In this document: in pieces, positions 9,744 through 19,800 of the stretch
Layout: the number at the start of each line of letters is the position of its first letter
How positions within the stretch are numbered: the stretch's first letter is position 1
Origin: an uncultured bacterium
Lineage (GTDB): Bacteria > DYJV01
Length of the DNA stretch: 37,911 nt
Direction of reading: 5' to 3'
Assembly: GCA_964543655.1 (NCBI GenBank)
Contig: CAZIZE010000055.1
Coordinates: forward strand, 1-37,911
Program-made: the position numbers and the translations under genes
Notes under the pieces: model-generated
Told to the model about the DNA's origin: nothing
Database searches by the model: none
Seen by the model: the letters and a program-made list of their open reading frames with translations, nothing else

Positions 9744-10374
9744 ATCCAGCCATGCAATAATTTACATTTGCAAGTGTAAGAACTTTTAGCTCTTCTGCTT
9801 TTGTAAAAATTTGAGCTCTTTCATTTAAAACATTTTCAACAAATTCTTTATCTTTAATTGTAGGAACATTAATGTCAACACTGTACATTGCAGCTTTAAC
9901 ACATGCTTCTGCAATGTAAGCAGCAACACCAACATCACTAATTGCCATTTTATTTCCAAATTTGGAAAGTTTTTCAGCTTCCACTAAAATATCAAGGCAT
10001 GTTTTTGAAATTTCAAGAGGAACAAGTGTAGCATTTTTAGCAGCTTGCTGGAGAGCAGCTTTCCTTTTCTCTTTTTCTTCATCTGTATTTTTAGGCATTC
10101 TAAAAACAGCCATATATTCATTGAAAGCATCAATATCTTTTTGAGTTAATTCTTTTAATTTTTCCCTTAAAGCAGTAGCTTTTTCAAGAATTTCTTTTGC
10201 CTGATCCTGATACTCTTCATATCCTTTTTTGCCAATGGTGAGATTTGCTACCATACATACCATAGCAGCAGCATTTGTAGCAGCAACTGCTGATACATTC
10301 CCACCACCAGGAGTTGGACTGCTTGAAGAAGCAACTTCAAGAAATTCATTTATACTTTTTTCATAAAGACTCAT
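9742..10374 (-). CDS. fchA: Methenyl-THF cyclohydrolase / formiminoTHF cyclodeaminase family
   Basis: SSSPTPGGGNVSA, MVANLT.GK, D..AF, GN..AISD.GVA (FTCD_C family); adjacent to folD. Confidence 0.9.
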   Translation of the reverse strand: MSLYEKSINEFLEVASSSSPTPGGGNVSAVAATNAAAMVCMVANLTIGKKGYEEYQDQAKEILEKATALREKLKELTQKDIDAFNEYMAVFRMPKNTDEEKEKRKAALQQAAKNATLVPLEISKTCLDILVEAEKLSKFGNKMAISDVGVAAYIAEACVKAAMYSVDINVPTIKDKEFVENVLNERAQIFTKAEELKVLTLANVNYCMAG

Positions 10375-10392
10375 AATATCCTCCTTATATAT

Positions 10393-11265
10393 TTATGCAA
10401 GACCCTGTAATTTAATAGCTTTTAAAACATTTCCCATAATAATTGTGGTAGTAAGAGAGCCAACTCCACCTGGAACAGGTGTAATAGCAGCAGCAACTTC
10501 TTTAACAGCATCAAAATCAACGTCTCCAACTATTCCAGTAGAGCCATCTTCCTTGGTAATTTCATTAATCCCTGCATCAATTACAACAGTACCAGGTGAT
10601 ACCATATCTTTTGTAACAAGGCCCTTTCTTCCAGCAGCAGCAACAATAATTTCAGCATTTTTAGTAATTGATGGCATATCAACTGTCCTTGTGTGGCATA
10701 CTGTAATAGTGGCATGTCTTGTTATGAGAAGTGATGCAAGGGGTCTTCCAACAGTATCTCCTCTACCTATTAGGGCAACTCTCTTACCTTTTAATTCTAT
10801 TCCTGATCTTTGAATAAGTTCAATGCAGCTTAAAGGAGTGGCTGGAATTAATGCTAAATCATCCTGTCCCCCAAAAATGTAACCTCTGTTAACAGCAGTA
10901 ACTCCATCAACATCTTTAACAGGTAAAATGGCATTCATAACTTTTTCTTTAGCAATATGTTTGGGTAAAGGAAGTTCAACTAATATACCATGTACATTTT
11001 TATCATTATTTAGATTTTCAATGAATTTAATTAAATCTTCCTCTTTAGTGTCTTCTGGCATTTCAGTAAGCTCAACTTTAACACCAACTTTATCCCCAAC
11101 TTTTATTTTGGATTTTGCATACCAGACACTTGCTGGATCCCCACCAACAAGAATAACAGCAAGCTTGGGTTCAATACCTTTGGCTTTAAGATTTTCAGAT
11201 TCTTGAATTATCTCTTTTCTAATCTCTTCTGCAATGGGCATACCTTTAATAATCTTTGCGCTCAT
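10393..11265 (-). CDS. folD: Methylene-THF dehydrogenase(/cyclohydrolase)
   Basis: YAKSK, GILVELPLP, KDVDG, PATP, TVCHTRT, GDVDF, ITPVPGGVG.LT. Confidence 0.96.
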   Translation of the reverse strand: MSAKIIKGMPIAEEIRKEIIQESENLKAKGIEPKLAVILVGGDPASVWYAKSKIKVGDKVGVKVELTEMPEDTKEEDLIKFIENLNNDKNVHGILVELPLPKHIAKEKVMNAILPVKDVDGVTAVNRGYIFGGQDDLALIPATPLSCIELIQRSGIELKGKRVALIGRGDTVGRPLASLLITRHATITVCHTRTVDMPSITKNAEIIVAAAGRKGLVTKDMVSPGTVVIDAGINEITKEDGSTGIVGDVDFDAVKEVAAAITPVPGGVGSLTTTIIMGNVLKAIKLQGLA

Positions 11266-11304
11266 TTTTCACTCCTTTAAATTTTTTATAAAAAAATTAA
11301 ATAT

Positions 11305-11332
11305 ACTTTATACAAATCTCGCTTTTTGTCAA
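11305..11332 (-). promoter_or_regulatory. Putative sigma70 promoter for folD-fchA
   Basis: TTGACA-N16-TAAAGT on the minus strand, about 40 nt upstream of the folD ATG. Confidence 0.55.
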
Positions 11333-11372
11333 CAAAATTTTTTTTAATAATTGGTATAGGTTAATGAAACTG

Positions 11373-13319
11373 CTACTCTTTTTCAACTCTATTTCTACCA
11401 CTATTTTTAGCTCTGTAAAGTGCTGAGTCAGCTCTTTTTATTGAACTTTCCAATGTATCGTCTTTCTTAACCTCTGTAACTCCAAGACTTATGGTAACTT
11501 TAAATCTGCTGTCAAATTTGTAATTTGCAACGGTTTTTCTTAATTTTTGGGCTATATTATAGCTATTATTGAGGTCAGATTTTATAACAAGTATAACAAA
11601 CTCCTCTCCTCCTATTCTGAAAAGATAGTCATAGCTTCTAATATTTGATTTTACTAATTTAGAAAGTTTTTTTAACACTTTATCACCTGTTTGATGACCA
11701 AAGTTATCATTAATTTTTTTAAAATGATCAATATCAAACATTATCAATGATAGGTCATAGTTATTTCTCTCTGCTCTCTCCTTTTCAATGGGAAAAATGT
11801 GAGATAAGTATCTTCTATTGAATGTATCTGTTAATTCATCTTTAATTGTTTGATTGTATAACTTTTCAGTTGTTGACACCTGGTCGGTAATATCAAAAAT
11901 AATGCCAATTAACCCTGATAATGTATTATTTTTGTAGAGAAATGATTTGTATATTTCAACTCTTCTTATGTCTCCCCTTGCATCTGTAACATCAAATTCA
12001 GTAATCATTTTATTTTTGCCATTTAATTTTTTATCTTTTTCAAGCTCAATATCTGCTCTCATAATTTTTTTAAAAATTAAAATATTTTGATTTTTATTGT
12101 TGAAAATATCCTCTCTACTAACTCCAAAAAAGTTTTCAAAACTTAAATTTACCTCAATAAAATCTCCATTTGCATCTAAAACAAATAAGGGATTTGGCAG
12201 AAGATTTACCAAAGTATCCTTAAATTTTTCATTTTCCTCTGTTTTTCTCACATAAATTTCTATTTTTTTCAGAAATTTTAGCATATAGTATAAAAAGATG
12301 AGAAATAAGATTAATTGAAAAATAACAAGGCCAGTGAGAAATTGATAATTGAAAAGCTTGATAACAGAGTTTAAGGTTTTATCCCTTTTTTTTAGCTGGG
12401 ATTTGAAAATATCAAGATAAAAACCAGTACCTATTATCCAGTGCCAATCTTTTAAATATCTAACATAAGTTATTTTCTCACCTATTTTGCTTGAACCTGG
12501 TATTTTAAATTTGTAATTTACAAAACCTTCACCATTTTTAAAACATTTGTCTATCATTTCTTTAAAAAACATTTTCCCATCAATATCTGTAATATTAATT
12601 GGTATCTCTTTCCCAATTGATGAAGGAGGTTTGTTTGGATTGACCAGTCTAATAGCCTTTAATTTTCCATGAATATTTTTCATTTCAATTACAAATACAT
12701 AACCTATCTGTTCTCTATCGTACCTGTAATTGGATAGATTTGAGATTACATATTTTTTAATCTTCTCTTCAGCTTTTTTTATATTTGCAATAACACCTAT
12801 TTTGAGATTTAGAGGAGTAAAATTTTTATATTTTACAATAAAGAATTTGTTTTTTAGTTTTAAGATTTGCTGTGGTTTAATGGAAAACTCTGGAGCAATT
12901 AAATAGTTGCCATTTTGGTCTATGAGAAATAGAGAAACTGAAGTTGAGTTGTTTATCTTCTTAAAATTATTTAATGATTGTATAATTTCATTTTTTATTT
13001 GTTCTATATTTGTTTTATTCTGTTTTAGAATTTTAAAAATTTCTTCAGAATATGAATAATATGTTTCTACTTGTCTATTAACAATTTTTGAATAATCATT
13101 TTGTAATTTATCTCTCATATTTTCAATGCCGTAAAATATGTGGGAAATAATATCTTTAAGGTGAGCTTTGCGATTTTCTATATAAACATCCTGATACTCG
13201 GAGAATATGTTTTTTTTTAAAGATTTAAATTGAAAAATGTAAAGTGAGGCAATTATTAGAATAAAAAGTAAAGATAAAAATCCATATACAAAAATAAATT
13301 TCTTTTTATTTATCTCCAT
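11373..13319 (-). CDS. Membrane diguanylate cyclase (Cache-PAS-GGDEF)
   Basis: Two TM segments flank a Cache-like periplasmic region, then PAS, D.LT...NRR, DID.FK..ND..GH..GD, RSYD I-site, GGEEF. Confidence 0.92.
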   Translation of the reverse strand: MEINKKKFIFVYGFLSLLFILIIASLYIFQFKSLKKNIFSEYQDVYIENRKAHLKDIISHIFYGIENMRDKLQNDYSKIVNRQVETYYSYSEEIFKILKQNKTNIEQIKNEIIQSLNNFKKINNSTSVSLFLIDQNGNYLIAPEFSIKPQQILKLKNKFFIVKYKNFTPLNLKIGVIANIKKAEEKIKKYVISNLSNYRYDREQIGYVFVIEMKNIHGKLKAIRLVNPNKPPSSIGKEIPINITDIDGKMFFKEMIDKCFKNGEGFVNYKFKIPGSSKIGEKITYVRYLKDWHWIIGTGFYLDIFKSQLKKRDKTLNSVIKLFNYQFLTGLVIFQLILFLIFLYYMLKFLKKIEIYVRKTEENEKFKDTLVNLLPNPLFVLDANGDFIEVNLSFENFFGVSREDIFNNKNQNILIFKKIMRADIELEKDKKLNGKNKMITEFDVTDARGDIRRVEIYKSFLYKNNTLSGLIGIIFDITDQVSTTEKLYNQTIKDELTDTFNRRYLSHIFPIEKERAERNNYDLSLIMFDIDHFKKINDNFGHQTGDKVLKKLSKLVKSNIRSYDYLFRIGGEEFVILVIKSDLNNSYNIAQKLRKTVANYKFDSRFKVTISLGVTEVKKDDTLESSIKRADSALYRAKNSGRNRVEKE

Positions 13320-13460
13320 TAAAAACCTGTTTATGTGTAAAATTTCTCATAAAAAATAAATAGTAATTAAAACAAATTTAAATGAAATTCAAGAAAAATA
13401 TCATTATATTGATTTTTTTTATAGAAAATGGTATTTAGTTAAAAAAAATTGGAGAATAAA

Positions 13461-13643
13461 TTGAAAAAGAGTAAAATACCGCCATGTGTAATTAAAGAAG
13501 TGAATTTTTGCAGGGGATGTCCAGGGTGGAATTTTATGATAGAAGCTCAAAAGAAAAAGCAAGGGTTATGGGCAACTCTGCCAATTTATTGTCCTGTTGT
13601 GAATTTAAAAGTTTATCCAGCAGAAAAAAATTTAAGGAGTTAA
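13461..13643 (+). CDS. Small 4-Cys hypothetical protein (60 aa)
   Basis: TTG at 13461 with GGAG SD. C-x7-CxxC-x23-C. Stop lies 3 nt before the xdhC ATG. Confidence 0.6.
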   Translation: MKKSKIPPCVIKEVNFCRGCPGWNFMIEAQKKKQGLWATLPIYCPVVNLKVYPAEKNLRS

Positions 13644-13646
13644 TAT

Positions 13647-14558
13647 ATGGAATTTAGTTGGGATAAATTACTTGAATCTTTAAAGAAGTTTAAAGAGCTT
13701 GTTCTTGCTACTATTATTGATAAAAGGGGTTCCACTCCAAGAGGAGTGAATACTTCCATGATTGTTCTACCTAATGGCAAAATTTTCGGCACAATTGGTG
13801 GAGGCCCTGTAGAGAATGAGATAATTAATGAGGGATTGGAACTTATTAAAGAAAAAAAATCCAAAATCATAGATAGAAGTTTTACAGGTGATGAAGTTAT
13901 ATGTGGAGGTAGGGTTACTGTTTTAATGGAGTATTTTGGAGAAAATGATATTAGCTTTCTTGAAGAATTGTTACATTATTATCAAAGTGGCAATACAATT
14001 TATTTAAGCAGAAATTTAAAAGATTTTAGCAGAGAAATTGTAAAAGATTATAGAGAAACAAATCTTAAAGAGAATATTTTTGTTCAGGAAATTAAATCAC
14101 CACCTGAGCTACATATTTTTGGAGGTGGGCATATTGCAATTCCACTTTGTAAAATGGCAGCTCTGTGTGATTTTTCAATTTATGTTTATGATGATAGAGA
14201 AGATTTTGCAACAAAAGAGAGGTTCCCAGATGCAGAAAAAGTAGTTTGTTGTGATTTTAACAATATTTTACCTTACATAAATTTAAAAAATAACTCCTTT
14301 ATTGTGCTTGTTACAAGAGAGCATGCACATGATGAAATTTTACTTAAACAACTTCTTGGAAAGCCTTATAAATATCTTGGTATGATTGGTAGTAAAAAAA
14401 GGGTATCGTCAGTTAAAGAAAGGCTTATAAAAGCAAACTTTGACAAAAATGAAATAGAGAGAATTTATTCACCAATAGGTTTAAAGATTAATTCCGAGAC
14501 ACCAGCTGAAATAGCTATAAGTATTTTATCAGAAATTATAATGGTAAAAAATGGATAA
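13647..14558 (+). CDS. XdhC/CoxF family molybdoenzyme maturation factor
   Basis: GSTPR, GTIGGG..E, ICGG, FGGGHIA, TR.H.HD, YLGMIGS, PIGL.I..ETP.EIA.SI. Confidence 0.93.
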   Translation: MEFSWDKLLESLKKFKELVLATIIDKRGSTPRGVNTSMIVLPNGKIFGTIGGGPVENEIINEGLELIKEKKSKIIDRSFTGDEVICGGRVTVLMEYFGENDISFLEELLHYYQSGNTIYLSRNLKDFSREIVKDYRETNLKENIFVQEIKSPPELHIFGGGHIAIPLCKMAALCDFSIYVYDDREDFATKERFPDAEKVVCCDFNNILPYINLKNNSFIVLVTREHAHDEILLKQLLGKPYKYLGMIGSKKRVSSVKERLIKANFDKNEIERIYSPIGLKINSETPAEIAISILSEIIMVKNG

Positions 14559-14575
14559 TTCTTTTGGGGGAACCA

Positions 14576-14950
14576 ATGTATTTAATTAAAGACATTCTTG
14601 AATTTTTTAAGAAAATATTTTTAATGATTAAAAATAATGTAGAGATTGCCAAATTAAATTTAAGGATTATTAAATTAAGCAAAAAGAAAAATATTGCATT
14701 TAAGGACCTTGGAATAATAGTGTATGAATTTTACAATATAGATAAAGATTTTCTTGATGATGATGAAATTAAAGATTTAATAATGGAAATAAAAGATTAT
14801 GAAATTGAGATAGATGAGCTTGAAAGCCAGATAGAGCAGATTAAAAATCATGTTAGAGAAAGAGAGGAAATAAGTAACGAGCTTTTATTAAATTTAAAAG
14901 AAAAGGAAGAGGATAAAAGCAATGAACAGGAAGATAATAAAAGCAGCTGA
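14576..14950 (+). CDS. Hypothetical coiled-coil protein
   Basis: Acidic heptad-rich helix. ATG 14576 after GGGGG; in operon context. Confidence 0.7.
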   Translation: MYLIKDILEFFKKIFLMIKNNVEIAKLNLRIIKLSKKKNIAFKDLGIIVYEFYNIDKDFLDDDEIKDLIMEIKDYEIEIDELESQIEQIKNHVREREEISNELLLNLKEKEEDKSNEQEDNKSS

Positions 14951-15656
14951 GTTAATAAAAAATGCAGATAAAATAACAGTGCTTACAGGAGCAGGAATCT
15001 CAGTTGAAAGTGGTATTCCAGATTTTAGAAGTAAAGGTGGTTTGTGGGAAAAGTATGATCCATTTGTTTATGCACATATAGATTCCTTTCACAGGGATCC
15101 CTATAGAGTTTGGGAAATGTTAAAGGAGATGAATCAAATTCTTAATGGGAAAAAACCAAATTATGCACATATAGCATTAAAACAGCTTGAAGATAAAGGA
15201 AAAGAGGTTGTTATTATAACACAAAATATAGATTCTCTACATTCATTAGCTGGTAGTTCTATAGTTTATGAATATCATGGAGTATGGGATAAGCTTATTT
15301 GTGTAAAATGTGGGAAAAGAGATGAAATCAAAAATTTTCCATTAAACAGAATCCCTCACTGTGAAAAATGTAATTTCCCATACAAACCTGAAGTTGTATT
15401 TTTTGGAGAGCCAATTGATCCTTATATAATGTCTGTTTCTAATGAAGCAGCAAAAAATTGTGATGTTTTTATGGTTATTGGTACATCAGCTCAGGTTTAT
15501 CCTGCTGCTTACCTGCCTAATGTTGCTTTTAATGCTAATATTCCAATAATTGAGATTAATCTTGAAGAAACACCATTAACCAGTTCTCTTAATACTATTC
15601 ATTTAAAAGGAAAAGCATCTGAAATTATGAAATTGCTTATGGAGCATTTAGATTAG
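14922..15656 (+). CDS. cobB: NAD-dependent protein deacylase (Sir2/CobB family)
   Basis: LTGAGISVESGIPDFR, TQNID.LH..AG, HG, CxxC...CxxC, P.VVFFGE, GTSA.VYPA. Confidence 0.93.
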   Translation: MNRKIIKAAELIKNADKITVLTGAGISVESGIPDFRSKGGLWEKYDPFVYAHIDSFHRDPYRVWEMLKEMNQILNGKKPNYAHIALKQLEDKGKEVVIITQNIDSLHSLAGSSIVYEYHGVWDKLICVKCGKRDEIKNFPLNRIPHCEKCNFPYKPEVVFFGEPIDPYIMSVSNEAAKNCDVFMVIGTSAQVYPAAYLPNVAFNANIPIIEINLEETPLTSSLNTIHLKGKASEIMKLLMEHLD

Positions 15657-15666
15657 GGGGGAGACT

Positions 15667-16056
15667 ATGAACATTGTTCAGCAAACTCACAATCTTACAG
15701 ATAAAGAGCTTGTTGGAGTGGTTGTAGAGCTCAAAGAGGGCTACTCAAAGGTAAAATTAGATGCAAATGAAAAGATGAAGGTTGATGAAAAAGGTCTTAT
15801 ACATGGTGGTTTCACATTTGGATTAGCAGATTATGCTGCAATGGTTTGCGTAAATCATCCTAATGTTGTGCTTGGTGGTGCTGAGGTTAAATTCTGGTCA
15901 CCTGTAAAGGTGAATGATACAATGGTGGCTAAGGCATTTTTAATAAAAAAAGAGGGGAAAAAGAATATAGTGGAAGTTGAGATAAGTGTAGAGAATAGAA
16001 AGGTATTTTCAGGAGTTTTTACCTGTTACATTCTTGAAAAACATGTACTGGATTAA
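15667..16056 (+). CDS. PaaI-like hotdog-fold thioesterase
   Basis: GLIHGGFTFGLADYAAM motif. Confidence 0.88.
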   Translation: MNIVQQTHNLTDKELVGVVVELKEGYSKVKLDANEKMKVDEKGLIHGGFTFGLADYAAMVCVNHPNVVLGGAEVKFWSPVKVNDTMVAKAFLIKKEGKKNIVEVEISVENRKVFSGVFTCYILEKHVLD

Positions 16057-16059
16057 GTA

Positions 16060-16812
16060 ATGAATGTGCTAATAACCAATGATGATGGAATAGAATCAGA
16101 GGGGTTAATTGCCCTTAAAAAATTTTTTGAAAAAGAGCACAATGTTTTTGTTATAGCACCATTAAGAGAGCAGTCATGCTCTTCCCATTCATTAACAATG
16201 AACTTTCCTTTAAGAGTTTATGAATATGGTAAAAATTATTTTGCAGTAGATGGCACACCAACTGACTGTATTATGGTTGGTGTTAATAAAATTTTTGAAA
16301 AAATAAAGTTTGATCTACTTGTATCTGGAATAAATTATGGTGCTAATTTAGGAGATGATATTACATACTCTGGTACAGTTGCAGCTGCTATGGAAGGTTG
16401 CCTGTTAAAAATACCATCAGTTGCTGTATCAATTCATGTTGATTTTGAAAAAAGACCACAATACGTTCATTATGACTCAGCTATTTTTTATTTAAAAAAG
16501 GTTTTGGGATATATTGAGAAAATAGATGATTTTTCAGATTGTTTCTTTAATTTAAATGTTCCAGATATGCCAGTTGAAAAAATAAAGGGATTAAAAATTA
16601 CAAAGCAGGGAAAAAGAACGTATAGAGATGTTATTGTGGAAAATATTGACCCAAGAGGTAAAAAATATTACTGGATAGCAGGAACTCCAGTAACCATCCC
16701 CAATGGTAACAATACTGATCTTGCAGCAATTGAAAATAATTTCGCTTCCTTAACCCCTCTGCATCTTGACCTGACAAATTACAAATTTATTGATATTTTA
16801 TCAAATTTTTAA
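16060..16812 (+). CDS. surE: 5'/3'-nucleotidase SurE
   Basis: LITNDDG, GTPTDC, SGINYGANLG.D..YSGTVAAAMEG, DPRG..YYW. Confidence 0.97.
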   Translation: MNVLITNDDGIESEGLIALKKFFEKEHNVFVIAPLREQSCSSHSLTMNFPLRVYEYGKNYFAVDGTPTDCIMVGVNKIFEKIKFDLLVSGINYGANLGDDITYSGTVAAAMEGCLLKIPSVAVSIHVDFEKRPQYVHYDSAIFYLKKVLGYIEKIDDFSDCFFNLNVPDMPVEKIKGLKITKQGKRTYRDVIVENIDPRGKKYYWIAGTPVTIPNGNNTDLAAIENNFASLTPLHLDLTNYKFIDILSNF

Positions 16813-16820
16813 AATTCAAC

Positions 16821-19800
16821 TTAATTTTCAAAAATTTTTTTTAATTTTTCTATATTGTACGGTTTTAAGAGAATGTTGTTAAAACCATATTTTTGATAAT
16901 TTTCAGCTATGTTTGAATCAGTATATCCAGTTGAAGCAACAATGTAAATATCTTTTTTATATTCTCTAATTTTTTCAGCTGCTTTCAAACCACCCATTCC
17001 ACCTTTTATTGTTATATCTGTAATGACTAAATCAAAATTGCCATTTTTAAAAATTTCTATAGCTTCCTCACCATTTGCAGCAAATGTAACATTGTAGCCA
17101 AAATAATTAATCATCTCTTTTAACATGTTTCTAATATCTTCTTCATCTTCAAGAACAAGAATATTGAATTTTTTATTTCTATATTTTTCAATTTCCTGGG
17201 TATTATTATCTTTTTTTACTAAAGATTTCTCTTTATCCTCAGTAATTACTGGTAAGTAGATACTGAATTTTGCACCTTTCTCTCCTGATTCAACATTTAT
17301 AATCCCACCGTGCTGTTTTATAATTGAATAACTTGTGGCTAATCCAAGACCTGAACCATCTTTTTTTGTAGTAAAATATGGATCAAAAATATTTTCCATA
17401 ATTTCATAATTAATACCTTCTCCAGTGTCTTCTATTGTTATTTCAATATATTCCCCTGTTTTTAAACCTATCATAGATTTTTCATTAATGAATTTTCTAT
17501 TTATAGAAATATAGATGAAGTTGCCACCACTTTTTTCCATAGATTGCCTTGCGTTTAAAATTATATTATGAATTACTTCACTGAATTGTTCTTTATCAAT
17601 TAATATTTCTGGCAAATTTTCTTCTAAAGAGTATTCAATCTTAATTGAAGTACCTGTTGTGACAAATTCTGAAACTTCCTTCACTATCTCTGCTATATTT
17701 GCTGATTCTTTTATAAGGAAACTCCCTTTTGAAAAGGTTAATAATTTCTTTGTGAGTTTCTGTGCTCTTAAAACGCTATTTTCTAATTTTGATAAAATTT
17801 TTAAAGGTTTATCCTCTTTTACGTAAATTTGTAACAGATTGATATTACCCATTATTGCAGCTAAAATATTATTAAAATCATGGGCAATTCCACCTGCAAG
17901 TACACCTAAAGATTCTATATTTTTAAGACGTTCCATTTTCAATTTTTCTGTTAAATCAACAGATATTCCCATAATACCTATAACAACCCCTTCTTTGTTA
18001 AAGAGAGGGCTTTTAGTAACCAAGATTTTCCTAACCCCTTTTTTTAATTTTATACTGTTCTCATAAGATATTTTTTTCTTAGTTTCTCTAACTATTTTAT
18101 TCCCTTCCAATGACTTTTTGTAAATATTTTCAGAAAAGCATTCCTGCGGATGTTTGCCAATTATATTTTCTTCAATTTCAAAATATTCATAAAAATATTT
18201 ATTTACCATTGTGAAAATATTTTTTTCAACATCAAATATCCATATAGGAATATTTAAAGAATCAATTAAGGTTTTAAAAAGATTATACTGCTCATTTAAT
18301 TTTTCCATTAATTCCTTTTGCTCTGTAATATCAATTGCTGTTCCAAGCAAAATATTTTTATTTTTTGTTTTTAAATGAATATGGTTATTTATAAGTTTTA
18401 CCCATTTGGTTTCTCCATGTTTGGTAATGATTTTTATATCATACTCAGGAGGCATATTTTCACCTTTCAATCTTTTATAACCTCTTTCTCTTACCAATTC
18501 TTTGAAATCTGGATGGATAATTTCAAAAAATTTCATTTTTTGGGCTTCATTTTCTAAGTAACCTGTAATTTGCTCAAAACTTTTATTGACCATATCAAAA
18601 TATCCCTGTTCATTAACAACAAAATTTAAAATATGTGGTTTGTTGTAATATGCTTGTAATATTTCATTCTGCTCCTCTATTTTAGTAAAAAAAGATTTTA
18701 AATTCTTTGCAATTACTGAAAATTCTTTGATATTAAATTCATTTGGTTCAAAATTGTAATCTTTTTTCCTTAAAATAGAAAATAGTTTGTTTAATTCCAA
18801 TTCTATTTTTTGATTATGTCTTCTAAATGTATAAAATGCAAGCCAGAAAGCAATGAATAGGATAAAGAAAGTAATAATCAATTTTTTGTTTAATAAATTT
18901 ATTAATTCATTTTTCTGTTTTAAAATTATTTTGTGAAGATCACAGAAATATACACCTGCTCCTATTATCCAGTTCCACTTCTTGTAATATTTTACATATG
19001 TAAGTTTCTCTGATACTTTATTGGAGTTTAGTTTTTTATAATAATAAATTACAAAACCACTTCCTTTTGTAAGGCATTTTTTTAACATTTCCTTTCTAAA
19101 AAATTTACCTTTTATATCCTGAATATTAAGAGAAATTTCTTTATTATATGTTGATTTTTTGCTGTTAGGATTCACAAGGCGAATTAATTTAAATTTATTG
19201 GCTTTTTTTAATAATTTAGCAACAAAAACATAATTATCCATATTTTTGCCAAATCTATATTGGTTAATAAAGTTTTTGACAATTTCTTTAACCAAATTTT
19301 CAATATCATCATAATAAAGACCTGTGCCTAAAATTAAATCAAGTGGTTTAAAATATTTAATATATGCCTTTTTTTTATAATTAAATTCGAGGCTATTTGT
19401 GTGTGGTTTTGTCCAGTAATAGGTATAAAAACCTTCTCCTTTAGTTTTAGCTATTTTAATCATATTTTTAAGCACAGAGTTGCCTTTGGCATCTTTAATA
19501 TTTAATAAATTTTTCCCTTCAAATTCAGGTCTATCAGCAAAAAGTTTTTCCAAACCTTTGCTATTAAATGCAAAAAAGTATCCAAGCCCTTTGTTGTATC
19601 TAATAGGTCTAAGTGATTCTATAATAAGTTTTTCAAGTTTATCTTTAGGCATACTATTTTTATATTTGCTGTATAAATGAGAGACTATGTTGTATGCTTT
19701 GTTTGTCTCCTCTTTTAACTGAGCTGTTAATCTTTTTTCAATGCTATTAGATTGATAGTTAATATAATTGACTATTGAAGAAACAATAGTTTTTAGATAA

